NCBI GenBank assembly: GCA_038496445.1
Contig: JALMLS010000573.1
Coordinates: 186,001 to 250,000, forward strand
Origin: Trichosphaerium sp. ATCC 40318
Taxonomy: Eukaryota; Protista; Tubulinea
Reading direction: 5' to 3'
DNA length: 64,000 bases
Every line of letters begins with the position of its first letter. Position 1 is the stretch's first letter. The notes below the pieces were generated by a model. The model worked only from the letters and a program-made list of their open reading frames with translations, was not told where the DNA came from and searched no databases. Of the stretch, positions 38,111 through 51,290 are shown piece after piece. The position numbers were made by a program, and so were the translations under genes.

Positions 38111-40976
38111 ATGCTTGGTTTTCATTGAATTCGAAAACATTTGAGAAAAAAAAAACAGCAGAATGAACAAAAATTTTTGACTTGTAAGCATAATGTTACC
38201 GTATACGGAGCCTCATATTGTACGTGCCCAAGCAACACAAGGAAGAAAACAGAAAAAAATAGTTTCTTTTTACCATTAGTGTAAGGCATAGCGCTGGTTA
38301 CTCAAGACTTTCACTTGGATTAAATGTTAACTATGTTGGCGAATGAACCAAATAACCAAGGCGAAGCAGTACACGGAGGGCATCTCATCTAGATCACAAC
38401 TATTCAAACCCGAATGACACGGATTGCTATGTGAACATGTCATCACCAGTGGATACTACATCATTTAGGTTTAGACAACAAATGGTTGGAAGCGTTCATG
38501 GTTGCTACGAAGATCAAACACACAAAAAAAAAGTTGTTGCAAAATACTTATGTAGTGGTGTTAGCGCTCAATACTAGTAATGCAATATATTGGCTATCTG
38601 CTGTGGTTGGGCAATGAAACGACTGGATGTCAGCTTGCGCAATTATAAAGAAATACCAAACCCTCAACAAAAAAAAACGGAACGAAGCGTGACGGCTATG
38701 AGACGTAGGGAAAAAGCACTTTAAAACCGCAGACTCAATTTTTTTCGACATAACGCCTGTTGGCACCATGTTAATCTTCTACGTCATAGATACACAAAAT
38801 AGCAGAAAAAATTGTTGTAGTACATGTTCTTTAGAGAGTAGATAGCGTATTATGGCGCGTAAGGAGTTCGTTGGTGCCGGTTTCATGCCCGCAGTGTTGT
38901 TGGTTCTGTTCAGCTCAAAATACAGTAATTTAAATAGCCATCGCCTACCCTGACAATATAAAGTGTCACAAATGAAACAAGGGGAAGATAGAAACTAACA
39001 AAACACGAAAAAAAATCTATCTCAAACATGTGATCGCACAAAAAAACCCCAAGTGATTACAGCGTCTGCCTAGCGTAAAAACAGGTCGACGAGTTCATTG
39101 TTGTGTTCCCGGTTCTCGTTATGATAATGTTTGTTATAATAACACATTGTTGCCTGTCGGGTTAAAAAATAGTCCGCGAAACCAGCGTTCTACATTACTG
39201 CAAACTACAAAGAAAATAGGTTTTGCCATCCAAAGGGTTTTTCTTTGTTTTCACAACTGTATTTTGAAAAACCGGTGTTGGAACTTGTTTCGCTCTATCA
39301 CGACATCTCGTAAAATCACTTGCTAGCTTCACAATTAACGCTGTACTACTGAAATCTTACCTTCAGCCTCTTTACAACGCGTAATGACCACAAGACAGCA
39401 ATGAAATCTTTGTTGAGGCTTTTTAAGATAAGAACTGGCGTACCGTAACAGTAGCGACTACAAATACAATCTCTTTGGGTTTGGATTGGTTATTGCTTGA
39501 CAACAATCTTAGAAACAAGAGAAAAACTGATTTTACGTTTAAGATACTTAGTGCAAAGAAACAATAATTCATTTCCGCGTTGGAAGCGTTCATCTAGCAA
39601 ACCTACAAAGTAACACATGTTATGAGGATGATAGAGCCCAACGTTAAACATAGGTCCTTCAAGAGCAGCGTGACAATGAGTTGCAACCGGCAAGGCAAAC
39701 ACCTTATCTTGATCTTAATGATACTTTGTTTTGTTTGGTTCTATTTAGTGTAAAAGCGTTCCAGAATGGACAAACACTAACAATCCATTAATTCTTTATT
39801 TGTTTTAACTTAGTGCCGTCATATCTCACATCAATGCTTTAGCCTTCATCTGTGACAAACATGTGCTTATACCATTGTTATATTAGGCAAGAAGTGAATA
39901 GTATAAACTTCAGCCAACGCTTTCAGTCCTTTAGCTGTCACTCAAATGTTCAAGATATTACATTACCACCAGCTAGCTGGTGACTACTTCACCTGTGGGT
40001 CTAGTACCAGTGATACAAGCGTAAGTACTAATCAGTTCAAGGTACAACGCTATTGTATTTAATAACATTATAGCTAGTCTTTGCTATAAGATATCTAATT
40101 CTGGAACAAACATGAAGGAATCGTCTTTGTAACATGGCACTATGGTCACTGATATATATGTACTATTCCCGCCGCCACAATCCCGACACTCCCTCGAGCA
40201 TACCGTGTATACCTCATTCAATTCGCATTGCGAATCTCTGCATGCTATGAAAATAATGACAAAGTCTTCCTTTCAATTCAATAAATCCTGATATTTGATC
40301 CAATATGAGCACTTCCAAACACATTGTTTTAGCAAACAAATCTAAATTGGAGTTTTAAACCTAGTGATGAACTACAATATGTATTTGCTGAAGTTTATTT
40401 CAAGTACAGATGGCTAACAGTTTTCTATATTGACTCTTTGTCTTTAAGAATGCAATCATTATGGAAGCATCCAATCCTATGTTCATGTATAAACACTAGA
40501 AGAGTTCTGCTGAGTATGGAAGTTGTTCAGAAATATTAAAAAAGCAACATAAAGACTTCCACACCTTGAGAATTTGTTGTGAAGATCTCTTTGCTCTAAC
40601 AGAAACTCCTAATTATATTCCATATACTCTATGCGCCCTTACAATACTACATGTGACATATTTCAGAGAGAACTGAACATTTTCAGAGCCAATACATGGA
40701 ATCTAAGTAGAGTTTCCATGTATCCTTTCCATGCTTCCACAGTGCAGTGTTGTACTAGTTTAGATGCCCTTCTTTGCTTTCCTCACTTGTTCTCTTACCA
40801 ATAGCCAATGCGAAGGACCAGATATCTTTGACCAACAGTACACAGTGCCTTAGGAGCAACAATGGAAAAGTAACTTGCTGTTTTGATCATCCAAGTACAA
40901 GAGATGAAGGACTAACATGTGTTAATATGTCAAAAGTTGTTCTCTGTGTAGTTTTTTAGTAGCGAAAAACGCACGT

Positions 40977-41428
40977 GCGTTTATGAAAACCAGCGTGGAA
41001 AAATTATTTTTATCGTCGGATTCTATGCACTGATACATGTTGCATTGGTGTGCAAAGAATCAGAGTCAAAATCGGTCTGGTAAGCCAGAAATTTTGACTT
41101 TTTTGTCAATTTTTTGCTTCAAAAACGAAGACTTTTGTTACTTCAAAAAAAAATTACAGAAAAAAATAAGAAAGGTAACATTTATGGCAAACACGGTCAA
41201 GTTCAGTTCTGATTTTTTACACAATACACCAACATGTCAATGCGCGTATTTTCAAATTTTTTTGAAGGTAAAAGTTCTTCGTTTTTGAAGCAAAAAATCG
41301 ACAAAAAAGTCAAAATTTCTGGCTTACCAGACCGATTTTGACTCTGATTCTTTGCACACCAATGCAACATGTATCAGTGCATAGAATCCGACGATAAAAA
41401 TAATTTCTCCACAGGTTTTCATAAACGC
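40977..41428. mobile_element. Foldback MITE with ~160-bp near-perfect terminal inverted repeats
   Basis: 40977-~41137 is nearly the reverse complement of ~41270-41428. No clear TSD. Confidence 0.85.
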
Positions 41429-41599
41429 TTTACAAGTAGAATAGCCTTGTAAATATTGTTTTGTTGTGCTTCTTAGGCGTGGTTTGTTATGAGTTGACTG
41501 GTAGTAACATGTTAACAATCGATTAAGTAACTTAAAGCAAATAGTAGTTTACGTATTGTCTGTTGGGATGATTGGCGACTTCATTGAGTGGATCCAAGA

Positions 41600-44500
41600 G
41601 TGAAAACAAATAGAGGCCTATACAACTACAAAGCTTTTTAGTTTGTGAGTTGAATGGGCACGTAACTACTCACAGTGTTTATTGTTGTCCATCGTTGTAG
41701 TACTCTTCTAAATTTCATCGTGTACACAATTGTATAAAGTAACCAAAAGACCAGTATTGTTGGTTCGATCAGTATAATTAAACAACTCAACCAGTACGCC
41801 ATTTTCGTTATTGTTCTCCTTCCTCTTCAGCATTTATATAGCACTATTGGGTATGAAACATACTGTTAATGAACGTCTTAAGCCCTTCATGACATTTACC
41901 ATGGCTCCATTGCTGAATTCTTGTTTTGCCCCGATATGTGCTTACACAGTGCAATGTTTGGTACCGTGTACACGCCAAGTATGATAATTTTATGCTATGG
42001 CCCGTAAACAAAGAGTACAATACGTTAAGCTAACTGATTGTTTATTTGTGAGAGAATATTGGCAATTGCTTACATGGATCTACTTCGTTGTACTTTCAAG
42101 GTTGGGCTAGTTTGGCTAGTAGAGTGGCGTTGCTCTCTTGTAGGCTACTGGCTCTTTCTATTAACTTGGCAATAAGTTGTTGTTCCTTCAAATTGGTGTC
42201 TTCTAAGCTATTGACGTTTTTTTCTATCTTGCCTTTGTCTTGCTTCAAGTTGGCTATGCATTGTTGTTGCTTTTCAATGGCTTGCCGTAAATTCTCATTA
42301 ACTTCCTTCGTATTCGCATTGCTCTTCTTTAGTTTGTCAACCTCATGGTTGGCTTTTGTTAATTCTATTTCAAGATTGACATCATTGACGTTGTTGTTAG
42401 TTGACAGTTGGTCGTCGGTTGAGTCCACATGAGAAGCCCACAATTTTCTAGTACAACAATATAAGCTATTCAAGAAACCTAAATTGTGATGTCTTACCGG
42501 TTGCTAATAAGATTATCATTCTCAGAATCGGAGAGATCATCTGAAACTTGATCTTTTTCAGTTTGTTTATTTTCTCCTTTCTCTGTCTTTTTATTTCCTT
42601 TCTTGGGTTTATTTTTGTTGCGTGTTTTCTTTTTTCCTTGTTTCAGCGCAACTTTGATGACATATCGAGCAACAGCTTGAGTATCTGATAACATGATGCT
42701 TAGATTTAGATCGAAACTTCACTTTTTTTTAAAGAGTTACCTTGTGCAACAACAAGCTCATCGCATACTGCATTGGCGACTTTATCTTCTGCGACAGGTC
42801 TACCCAATTTATCTACCAATGTGTAATGACTTTGGTAGCCTGGTTTTATTGGCTTTCCTCCCAGGTCGTTTTTTGGGCTTACCTTTTTGTAATCATTAAT
42901 TAATACATGATATAAAATTCTTGTTTGTGTACAGGATATACGTTGCCAGGAGTGACAAGACTCAAAATAACTGTTTTTCCTTTTTTTCCTGTTCTATCGT
43001 ATGAACAAGCATACTTTATACTCCGCTACAGTGGAAAAACTAAAGTGAATAGAATGTCATGTTGTTTTGTGCGTACTGTGAAGTAGATCCCTTGGCCATA
43101 GTAGCCAGCATCCAAAGCACTCACAGTTCCAAAACCAGCCATTACAATACTGTAAGCCGCTTCTTCACTTGTTCCATGGGCCATCAATATCACTGGCAAC
43201 TAAACAACAGGTATGTAAGTGCATACTTTTTGATGAACATTACCTCTTGTTCTGAGATGTCTTTGTTATTGGTATTTGTATCATTTTGAGTGGGTATGGC
43301 ATTGTATTTTTCGTAAACTCTCTCTTTGTACTCTTTGCAGACATCCTTTTTCCAATCTTGCTTTTTAAACCTCGAAAGTTCTCTGCCATACATTTTAGAC
43401 TAACTAACTTATAAATACGTACTTATGCTTGTGTTTTAGTATTTTGTTGGATCGACCAAAATTCTCTGTCAAGATATGATTGTAAACAAGAGTTGCTTCA
43501 ATGATATCATAATTGTCACATCCATGCATTTTTGACATCTCCCGTTTGAGGATCTTGAACTCTCTGACAGCCACTTTGTCAGTTTTATCAAGAAGATTCA
43601 GTGTTCTATAGTGCGTTGCCTTTACAATAACACCTCTTTTTGTAAAATAAATAAACTAAAACCAACAGTTGACAACTCTTTGAACGCACGTGCTATTAGA
43701 TCTGTCCCAATTGTTTGCAAAATACAATCGCGGATTCAGGTTCCATGCGTTTTCAGCCTTCACCCCTTTTGTAATACCTTTTAGTTTTTGTAACAGAAAC
43801 AGCAACTTGTTACCTGCAGTGGTGTCTTTTAAGTACTCATTTTGATCTGTATTGCTCCATGCATCATCAGGCATATCATACAAGATACCTTGCATTAATT
43901 GTCCATTTTGTTTCCAGAAGTCCTGATAAACAAAGAGTGTTACAAAAGTGTATTTATGATTTGTGGATATCGTACTGGAGACATTACAACTTTGGGATCG
44001 AATACAGAGCATATTAAATAACATGTACCTTTTTCCATTGCCAGGTTAAAATATGAACGTGTTGGCTGAAGGTTGTATATTAATAATCAACAAAGGATAT
44101 TATATAATGTAGGCATACCAAGAAACGAAACCACTTTATCATTTTATCTTTATCCATTAATTCAGAGGAAAGTGCTTTCATTTTTTTGGTTGCAAATGAT
44201 GAACATGATTTCCACAGTGTACTGCTTTTTTTACCACATGGAAATCGTTTTAAAAATGTTATAAACCAGTCAACAAAAAAAGGGGTATTTGATATCACTC
44301 CTTGAAACAACATGAGAAAAATGTCTTGCCACTTTTCTTTGTCAGGTGATAAAACTAACAACATTAATTTTCCTTTCAACAAATAGTGCTACAAGATAAA
44401 TTGCAATGGTACCTGAATCAGGGTTTTTTCCGCTTCCATTAACAACATCAAGATTGGCTTTGGCATTGATTAACATTGATACAATTGAATCGTGTCCATT

Positions 44501-46274
44501 TTTTACTAAAATAGTAATGTCAGTTTAGATACTGTATTTTAATAGTGTCACATTACTTACCTGCACACATCAATGCTGTATCTCCAAGTTTATCAACAGC
44601 ATCAATATTGGCTTTGGCATTGATTAACATTGATACAATTGAATTGTGTCCATTTTTTGCTAAAATAGTAATGTCAGTTTAGATATTGTATTTTAATAGT
44701 GTCACATTACTTACCTGCACACATCAATGCTGTATCTCCAAAATAATCAACAGCATCAAGATTGGCTTTGGCATTGATTAACATTGATACAATTGAATCG
44801 TGTCCATTTTTTGCTAAAATAGTAATGTCAGTTTAGATACTGTTAATAGTGTCACATTACTTACCTGCACACATCAATGCTGTATCTCCAAATTCATCAA
44901 CAGCATCAAGATTGGCTTTGGCATTGATTAACATTGATACAATTGAATCGTGTCCATTTTTTGCTAAAATAGTAATGTCAGTTTAGATATTGTATTAATA
45001 GTGTCACATTACTTACCTGCACACATCAATGATGTATCTCCATAATTATCAACAGCATCAAGATTGGCTTTGGCATTGATTAACATTGATACAATTGAAT
45101 TGTGTCCATTTTTTGCTAAAATAGTAATGTCAGTTTAGATATTGTATTTTAATAGTGTCACATTACTTACCTGCACACATCAATGCTGTATCTCCAAATT
45201 TATCAACAGCATCAAGATTGGCTTTGGCATTGAGTAACATTGATACAATTGAATCGTGTCCATTTTGTACTAAAATAGTAATGTCAGTTTAGATATTGTA
45301 TTTTAATAGTGTCACATTACTTACCTGCACACATCAATGCTGTATCTCCAAAATTATCAACAGCATCAACATTGGCTTTGGCATTGATTAACATTGATAC
45401 AATTGAATCGTGTCCATTTTTTGCTAAAATAGTAATGTCAGTTTAGATATTGTATTTTAATAGTGTCACATTACCTGCATACATCAATGCTGTACCTTTA
45501 ATAAAACCAAATGTATTAACAGCATCAAGATTGGCTTTGGCATTGATTAACATTGATACAATTGAATCGTGTCCATTTTGTACTAAAATAGTAATGTCAG
45601 TTTAGATATTGTATTTTAATAGTGTCACATTACTTACCTGCACACATCAATGCTGTATTTCCAAGTTTATCAACAGCATCAAGATTGGCTTTGGCATTGA
45701 TTAACATTGATACAATTGAATCGTGTCCATTTTTTGCTAAAATAGTAATGTCAGTTTAGATATTGTATTTTAATAGTGTCACATTACCTGCATACATCAA
45801 TGCTGTACCTGTAATAAAATCAAATTTATTAACAGTATCAAGATTGGCTTTGGCATTGATTAACATTGATACAATTGAATCGTGTCCATTTTGTGCTAAA
45901 ATAGTAATGTCAGTTTAGATACTGTATTTTAATAGTGTCACATTACTTACCTGCACACATCAATGCTGTATGTCCATAATCATCAACAGCATCAAGATTG
46001 GCTTTGGCATTGATTAACATTGATACAATTGAATCGTGTCCATTTTGTGCTAAAATAGTAATGTCAGTTTAGATATTGTATTTTAATAGTGTCACATTAC
46101 TTACCTGCACGCATCAATGCTGTATCTCCAAGTTCAATTACATGAGCACTTGAATGATAGAGAGTGTTGGTTGGTTTAACTGCTAAGGTTCCTGTAACTG
46201 AATAGAGATGGTTTCAAGTATTGTTTTTTCTCACCTGTTAAACATTTGTTTTCTTCACTTTGTGGTTCTGTCAT
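41600..46274 (-). pseudogene. Large ankyrin-repeat gene (~11 repeats + unknown domain + coiled coil + Cys-containing tail) with lesions in its 3' half; 3' end approximate
   Basis: ATG at 46274 (MTEPQSEENKCLT), followed by the ankyrin exon array. An apparent +1 base in the T6 run at 44424-44429, with further stops downstream. Coiled coil at 42096-42430. Confidence 0.65.
44413..46130 (-). repeat. Tandem array of ~11 units of ~154 bp, each one 99-nt ankyrin exon plus one ~55-nt phase-1 intron
   Basis: Exon consensus (A/V)(K/Q)NGHDSIVSMLINAKANLDAVDxxGDTALMCA. Intron GTAAGTAATGTGACAC...CTGACATTACTATTTTAG is almost invariant. Confidence 0.95.
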
Positions 46275-47434
46275 GACGTGTTGTCACCCTTGAGGTTAAA
46301 TAGTACAAAAGTAGTGTTAAGTCAGTGTTAACTGGATATGAGATTTTTCGTTGAATTGTTATTGCGCTACGGTTCTGGTTTTGTGTTTACTGATTCATTA
46401 CAATAACAATAATTTTGTTTTCCTTGTGCCTGTAGCGCTATAACACAATACAAAGACATTACACTGTGTTCAGTTCGAAAAAAAAAACCAAGTGTTCAAA
46501 AAGGGTAGTTAGTTATTACCACAAGTTTTCGTTTGCAGTTTTTGCCGTTTTTGCCGTTTTCACCATTCCACATAGCGCAATCACGTGATTTTTGTATTCT
46601 GTTCCCACAATTATAAAGACGATGTAGTAACTAACATTCTTGTAAAGTGAAAGCGCTTGTTTTCAATATGTACAGTTCAAAATCGTTCAAGTTCTGAAAT
46701 TTTTATTAATAAAACGCGTTGTGTGTATTTCGCTTATAAAACAGTATTTCCAAGTGGAAAACAAGTAGAGCGTTATCTCTAAACACTGAATGCCAAACTC
46801 ACTGTAATTAATTAAAAGCTTCCGGAATCATCTCCGCTGTTCTTTTATAGTGCTACTGTGCTGTTTCTGGCAGTGGTAAAATGCATCCAATAGGCATGGA
46901 TGTTAGCCTTTTTTTATACCTTAATCTCGAGGGTATCTTGCTAGGGACTATTTTTGTAAGCAGTTCACACCTCTTATATCTCTGTCGACTGAATAGTCTC
47001 AAAGTGCATTTGGGGACCTGTACATCTTACAAACTGTTTCCACATCATGTGGCTAATCATTTGAGCAACATTAGAGTGGATACAGAACTAGTTACACATT
47101 TTCTGGAAATGCTATGTAAAATAAAACTATTTTCACGCAAAATATTCGAAGAACTCCACACTTGTCAAAAAATCCCTGTACACTGTTAACCATGGAGCAG
47201 AGTGAAGGTACATTTATTAAACGCTTTTACAAGTATAGAACCTCAAATAGTTACTCTATGTATGTAAACAAGCTTTTTATGCGTATGAAATACAGAAACA
47301 GATGCAGAAATGGTTTTTAATGCTACTCACGTGATTTTTGCTTTTATGTATCTGATTCAGTGTTTTATACTCAAAAGTGGCTACAAGTTACTTTTAAAGG
47401 CTTTCACACTAACTTATTTGTACTAGAAATGTTA

Positions 47435-48392
47435 ATGGCAGTACCTACATGGAAACGCCACAGTTGCCCGTGGGATGCTGTTTTTACTGCTTTACGGGTA
47501 GTTAGTGATGTTTGTGTGCGAAATTCAGTTAATTACAATTTTTTGTTAACACGTGCTAGGTATTTACAGAAGCTCCAAGGCTGCTTGTACATCACAATGT
47601 TGATGCAAGCCGGGATAGATTTTACTACATGTTTTGCCAACACTTGTGCAGTTTAGAACAAAATGCTGAAACAAGAGAAGAGTTGCTGGCTGAGCTAAAA
47701 GCTCACCGAAATGGCATGTATTCATATAAGTGTACTGTTCAAGAAGTACACAGTTATGCTCGTAAAATGTGCAGTGCATTCCATGTTACATCACACTGGT
47801 CCAATTGCAATTGTAAAGGTACTACAAAGGTATTTTTGTTTGTTCTTAACGCTGATGTAGATGAGGACATAATTGATGCTGTTGTTATTGTTGACTATGG
47901 CGATATACAAGCACATGTATCAAGATGGCTTTACAAATGTCTTACTGCATCAAAAGAATGTAATTCGTGTTGGAGTGGAGGTTTCAAGTCTGTTAAAGTA
48001 TGTGTCACTCTGCTACCATAGCTTATGTTGTTATTGTAGAGTGTTACAATCCCACCATTGATTTCTGTGTATCCAAGTAGCAAGTCTATTATACCTCAGA
48101 CCATTGAATTATACGGCCAGTATGTGAATAATTTTTTTGTGAAAAACTTATGGATGTAGAGTATGGCATGCAAGTTATTTTTTAATGTGGCAACCGAATG
48201 GTCCTCACTTCACTACATATGTTAATTATAATGATACTTGGTGGTTTGTTGATTGTAATAGCAAGCCCAATAAGACTAAACAATCAAACCCATGTACATA
48301 TGAATACAAGTATAAGTTTCACTTATACAGTATAGGGGATAGCACCAAGTCACATGCAAACAAATGGAAGGTGTGTGTCGTTGTATATAAAG
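47435..48392 (+). CDS. USP-like (papain-fold) cysteine protease exons inside the piggyBac element
   Basis: Cys box WKRHSCPWDAVFTAL; zinc-finger-like CNC and CNSC; IPPLISV...IPQTIELYGQVW; His/Asp box GPHFTTYVNYNDTWWFVDC; terminal VCVVVYK. Confidence 0.65.
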
Positions 48393-48460
48393 GCAGTACA
48401 CACACTGTTGCGCTAAAATTAGCACAGTATAAATTGCGGCACATATCAAGACCCAAATAG

Positions 48461-51290
48461 ACTTGCTTGAAGCTGATCATAGTAATATGGACATAGAAAG
48501 CTGTTTTAGTGACTATGAACCACCTAGTGAACACTCAAATGATCTGTCAAGTGAGGAAAGTGGTCAAAGACATGTATTAGTTCAATGTAATGACGAATCA
48601 GCAGACCAAGTATTGAACAATGTACCCAAAGGCACTTTGAAGATAGAATACATAACTAACAGAAGAAAAGCACGAAAAGAAGAGCAAAAGGTAACCTCAC
48701 CAGAAGATAGTCTACTAACAAAAACAAGGGCTCTCGCAAATGGATCAATGAAGTTGGTTTGAGAACAAATAATGGGATAAAAGACTGTACATTATGGGAG
48801 GCAGATGTAAAGCGTATTGAAGGCTACAAAAGTGCACTTAAAAAATTCAAAGCACAATCCTTTATTACCAAGGGTGTACGTTACATGCCATATGCTTGAT
48901 TAACTAACATTTTTAGAATTGGCAACCAGGAGCAACCAATGAAATACGAGCACACAATGGGTTGAGTCCATTAAATCACATAGCCTCTGACAAAATTCTT
49001 GGAGTTGATAAGGAACAGTACGCCAACTGGAGCGGTAGTACACCACCGACAATAGCAGATGCCATTGAATTGTGGTTAAATCCTATGTTTGAACTAATTA
49101 AGGAGCAATCATCGAAAGGTACCAGAAAAATGCTTGTGTTACTAAGTTAATGAATTTCAGGCGTTAAGACTCTTGGCCAACATCACGATCTTTGTACAAT
49201 CAAACCATTATGCTAGATATCTTAAATAGCACTAATGAAAAGCAAAATGAAGCAATCAAACAATATCCAGGCATGTGTACTTCATGAACAATATCTAACA
49301 ATGTGTTAGGCATAAAGCAAACATCATGGTATGAGAAAACATTTAAAAAGACAACAATGCGGCTGCAAAAAGCAAAAAAAAAGTGTGGAGATACAACTCT
49401 TGAATTGCTTGTTGCCAAAGTTAACATAGACGCATATATTCAGGCAAAAAAGAAAAATTCACATTATAAATGGACATGTGCCGGCAACTGGACAATGGAT
49501 TTGGTGAAATACCACTTTGGTGTGTTGTTGGCTACGAAACTGTCACCAGAACAGAAACTAAAACATTTTTGGAGTACTAACAAATTGTATGGCAATATAG
49601 GTACATACAAGGTTCAACCTTATGTCTGTTTACTAATAGAATGTAGCTATACGCAACAGTTGCACCTTAGAACAATGGCAAGAACTTACCAGGCAAATTG
49701 ACTACCATCCGTTGAAAATACAAAGGTATTTAAAAACAGTGTATTTGAATTAATAATGGTAGCCTTTTGAATTGTACAATACAAGTAAGATTTAACCCAG
49801 GTAAAAAAAGCTGTTTAGATGAAACTATGCTTCCTGGTGCAAGTGCGTTGATGCTGATGTTGGTAATTATTAATACTAAAAACAGAGGTGTGGTTCACTT
49901 GTTACTGTTCACGTAAACCAGTTAAAGAAGGATTTTGGGTATTTGAACTTTGTTTTAAGGTATGTTGGTAATAAATCTCCATTTTTGATGTTAGTATAGA
50001 ATGGCAATGATGTTTGGCCGTGGATATTAGATGTTAGGTTTGGTGGCAGCACAATGCCACCTTCATATATGGCTCACTTCATTGCCCAGACACTATTAAA
50101 GAAATATCCTAAAAGTAAAGTTACTGTTGCAACAGATTCATACTATACAAAGCCAGTAGCTGCAACATTATCTCCTGATCACTGTTACAAATTTGTTGGT
50201 TTGATGAGCTCTGCTAAAGCTTCTAACATGGTTTCTTATTTGAAAGATGTACTCAGAATCGTCATGCCAATGTCAAAGCTCATAAATTTTTTCAGATGCT
50301 GGGAAGCAGCAGCGTTGGGTCACACACATGGGTGTATGATGCAAAAACAGTGCAACATGACACACCTGTATGTGCAGGATTATTCAAAGATGTAAAAACA
50401 CATGTGTCATATTTGTCAAATGTTGGAAACCCCAATATCTCTTCTCCTATCAAAGAAACCATTCGATCTAAAGAGGTTATTGTTGAAAAACCAAATCCTG
50501 TTGTGTTATACTCAAAGCTTAAAAATGCATGTGATATTTTCAACAGATAGTAAGTATCATGAGATGATTTGATTTATTTTTATGTTTATTTAGTGTGCTT
50601 AAATACAAAAGAATACATACTTTTAGAAACACTCGATGGACTACAGCATTGCTTGCAGCATATTTGTATTTACAAAACTAAACTATCTTAGTGATTTGTT
50701 TCTAGCATCTTCATTTTGTTGGTACTCTATGCTTACAAAAGATACTAAAAAAACAACATACAGTGACTACATTGAAAGTGTTGCATCAATATTGATGGGA
50801 CTGGATACTGGCAAGCCATTTTGCATCCGTAGCAGACAGCCTAAAAGTACAACAAGTTCCAAATGTTCAATGCTGTTAACTTATCAACTATAGCTACCAA
50901 ATGCCATGAATCGGTTGTTAGATGCACTAGACAATCTCTTAAACGTAAACACACTTCAAAAGAGTGTGCAGAAGTCCAACCAAGGATCAAACGTCAACGC
51001 AAGCACTATACACATCATAAGTTAGTGAGTTTGAAGAGCTCCCACCTAAGCAAAAAGTTGTATAACACACCAACAGCTAAATGTATTGGCTGTTCTAAAA
51101 GAAACTTATGGAGGTACAAGTACAACATGTAAATATACAATCTAACATCACAAATAGGTTTTGTGAAGGTTGTCCAAAAAGCATCAAGCTGGTTAAGATA
51201 TCCAAAAGTAGACGACAGAAGTTGTGTGTACCAACATTTTATTGTAGTGAGTGTTTCTTCACACATCACAAGGTTAAATGTACTTTGTAA
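48461..51290 (+). CDS. Intron-rich piggyBac DDD transposase (about a dozen exons; one probable frameshift near 49170-49210)
   Basis: HFGVLLATK...HFWST, NPGKKSCLDETM (D1), RKPVKEGFWV, VATDSYYT (D2), KPNPVVLYSKLKNACDIFNR (D3), TRWTTAL, and a C-terminal Cys-rich domain CIGC..CEGC..CSECFFTHH*. Confidence 0.88.

Noticed and set aside
44413-46130. Repeat array as a CRISPR or non-coding satellite
   Set aside because: Units are 154 bp and contain GT-AG introns and in-frame ankyrin exons. There are no unique spacers or cas genes.
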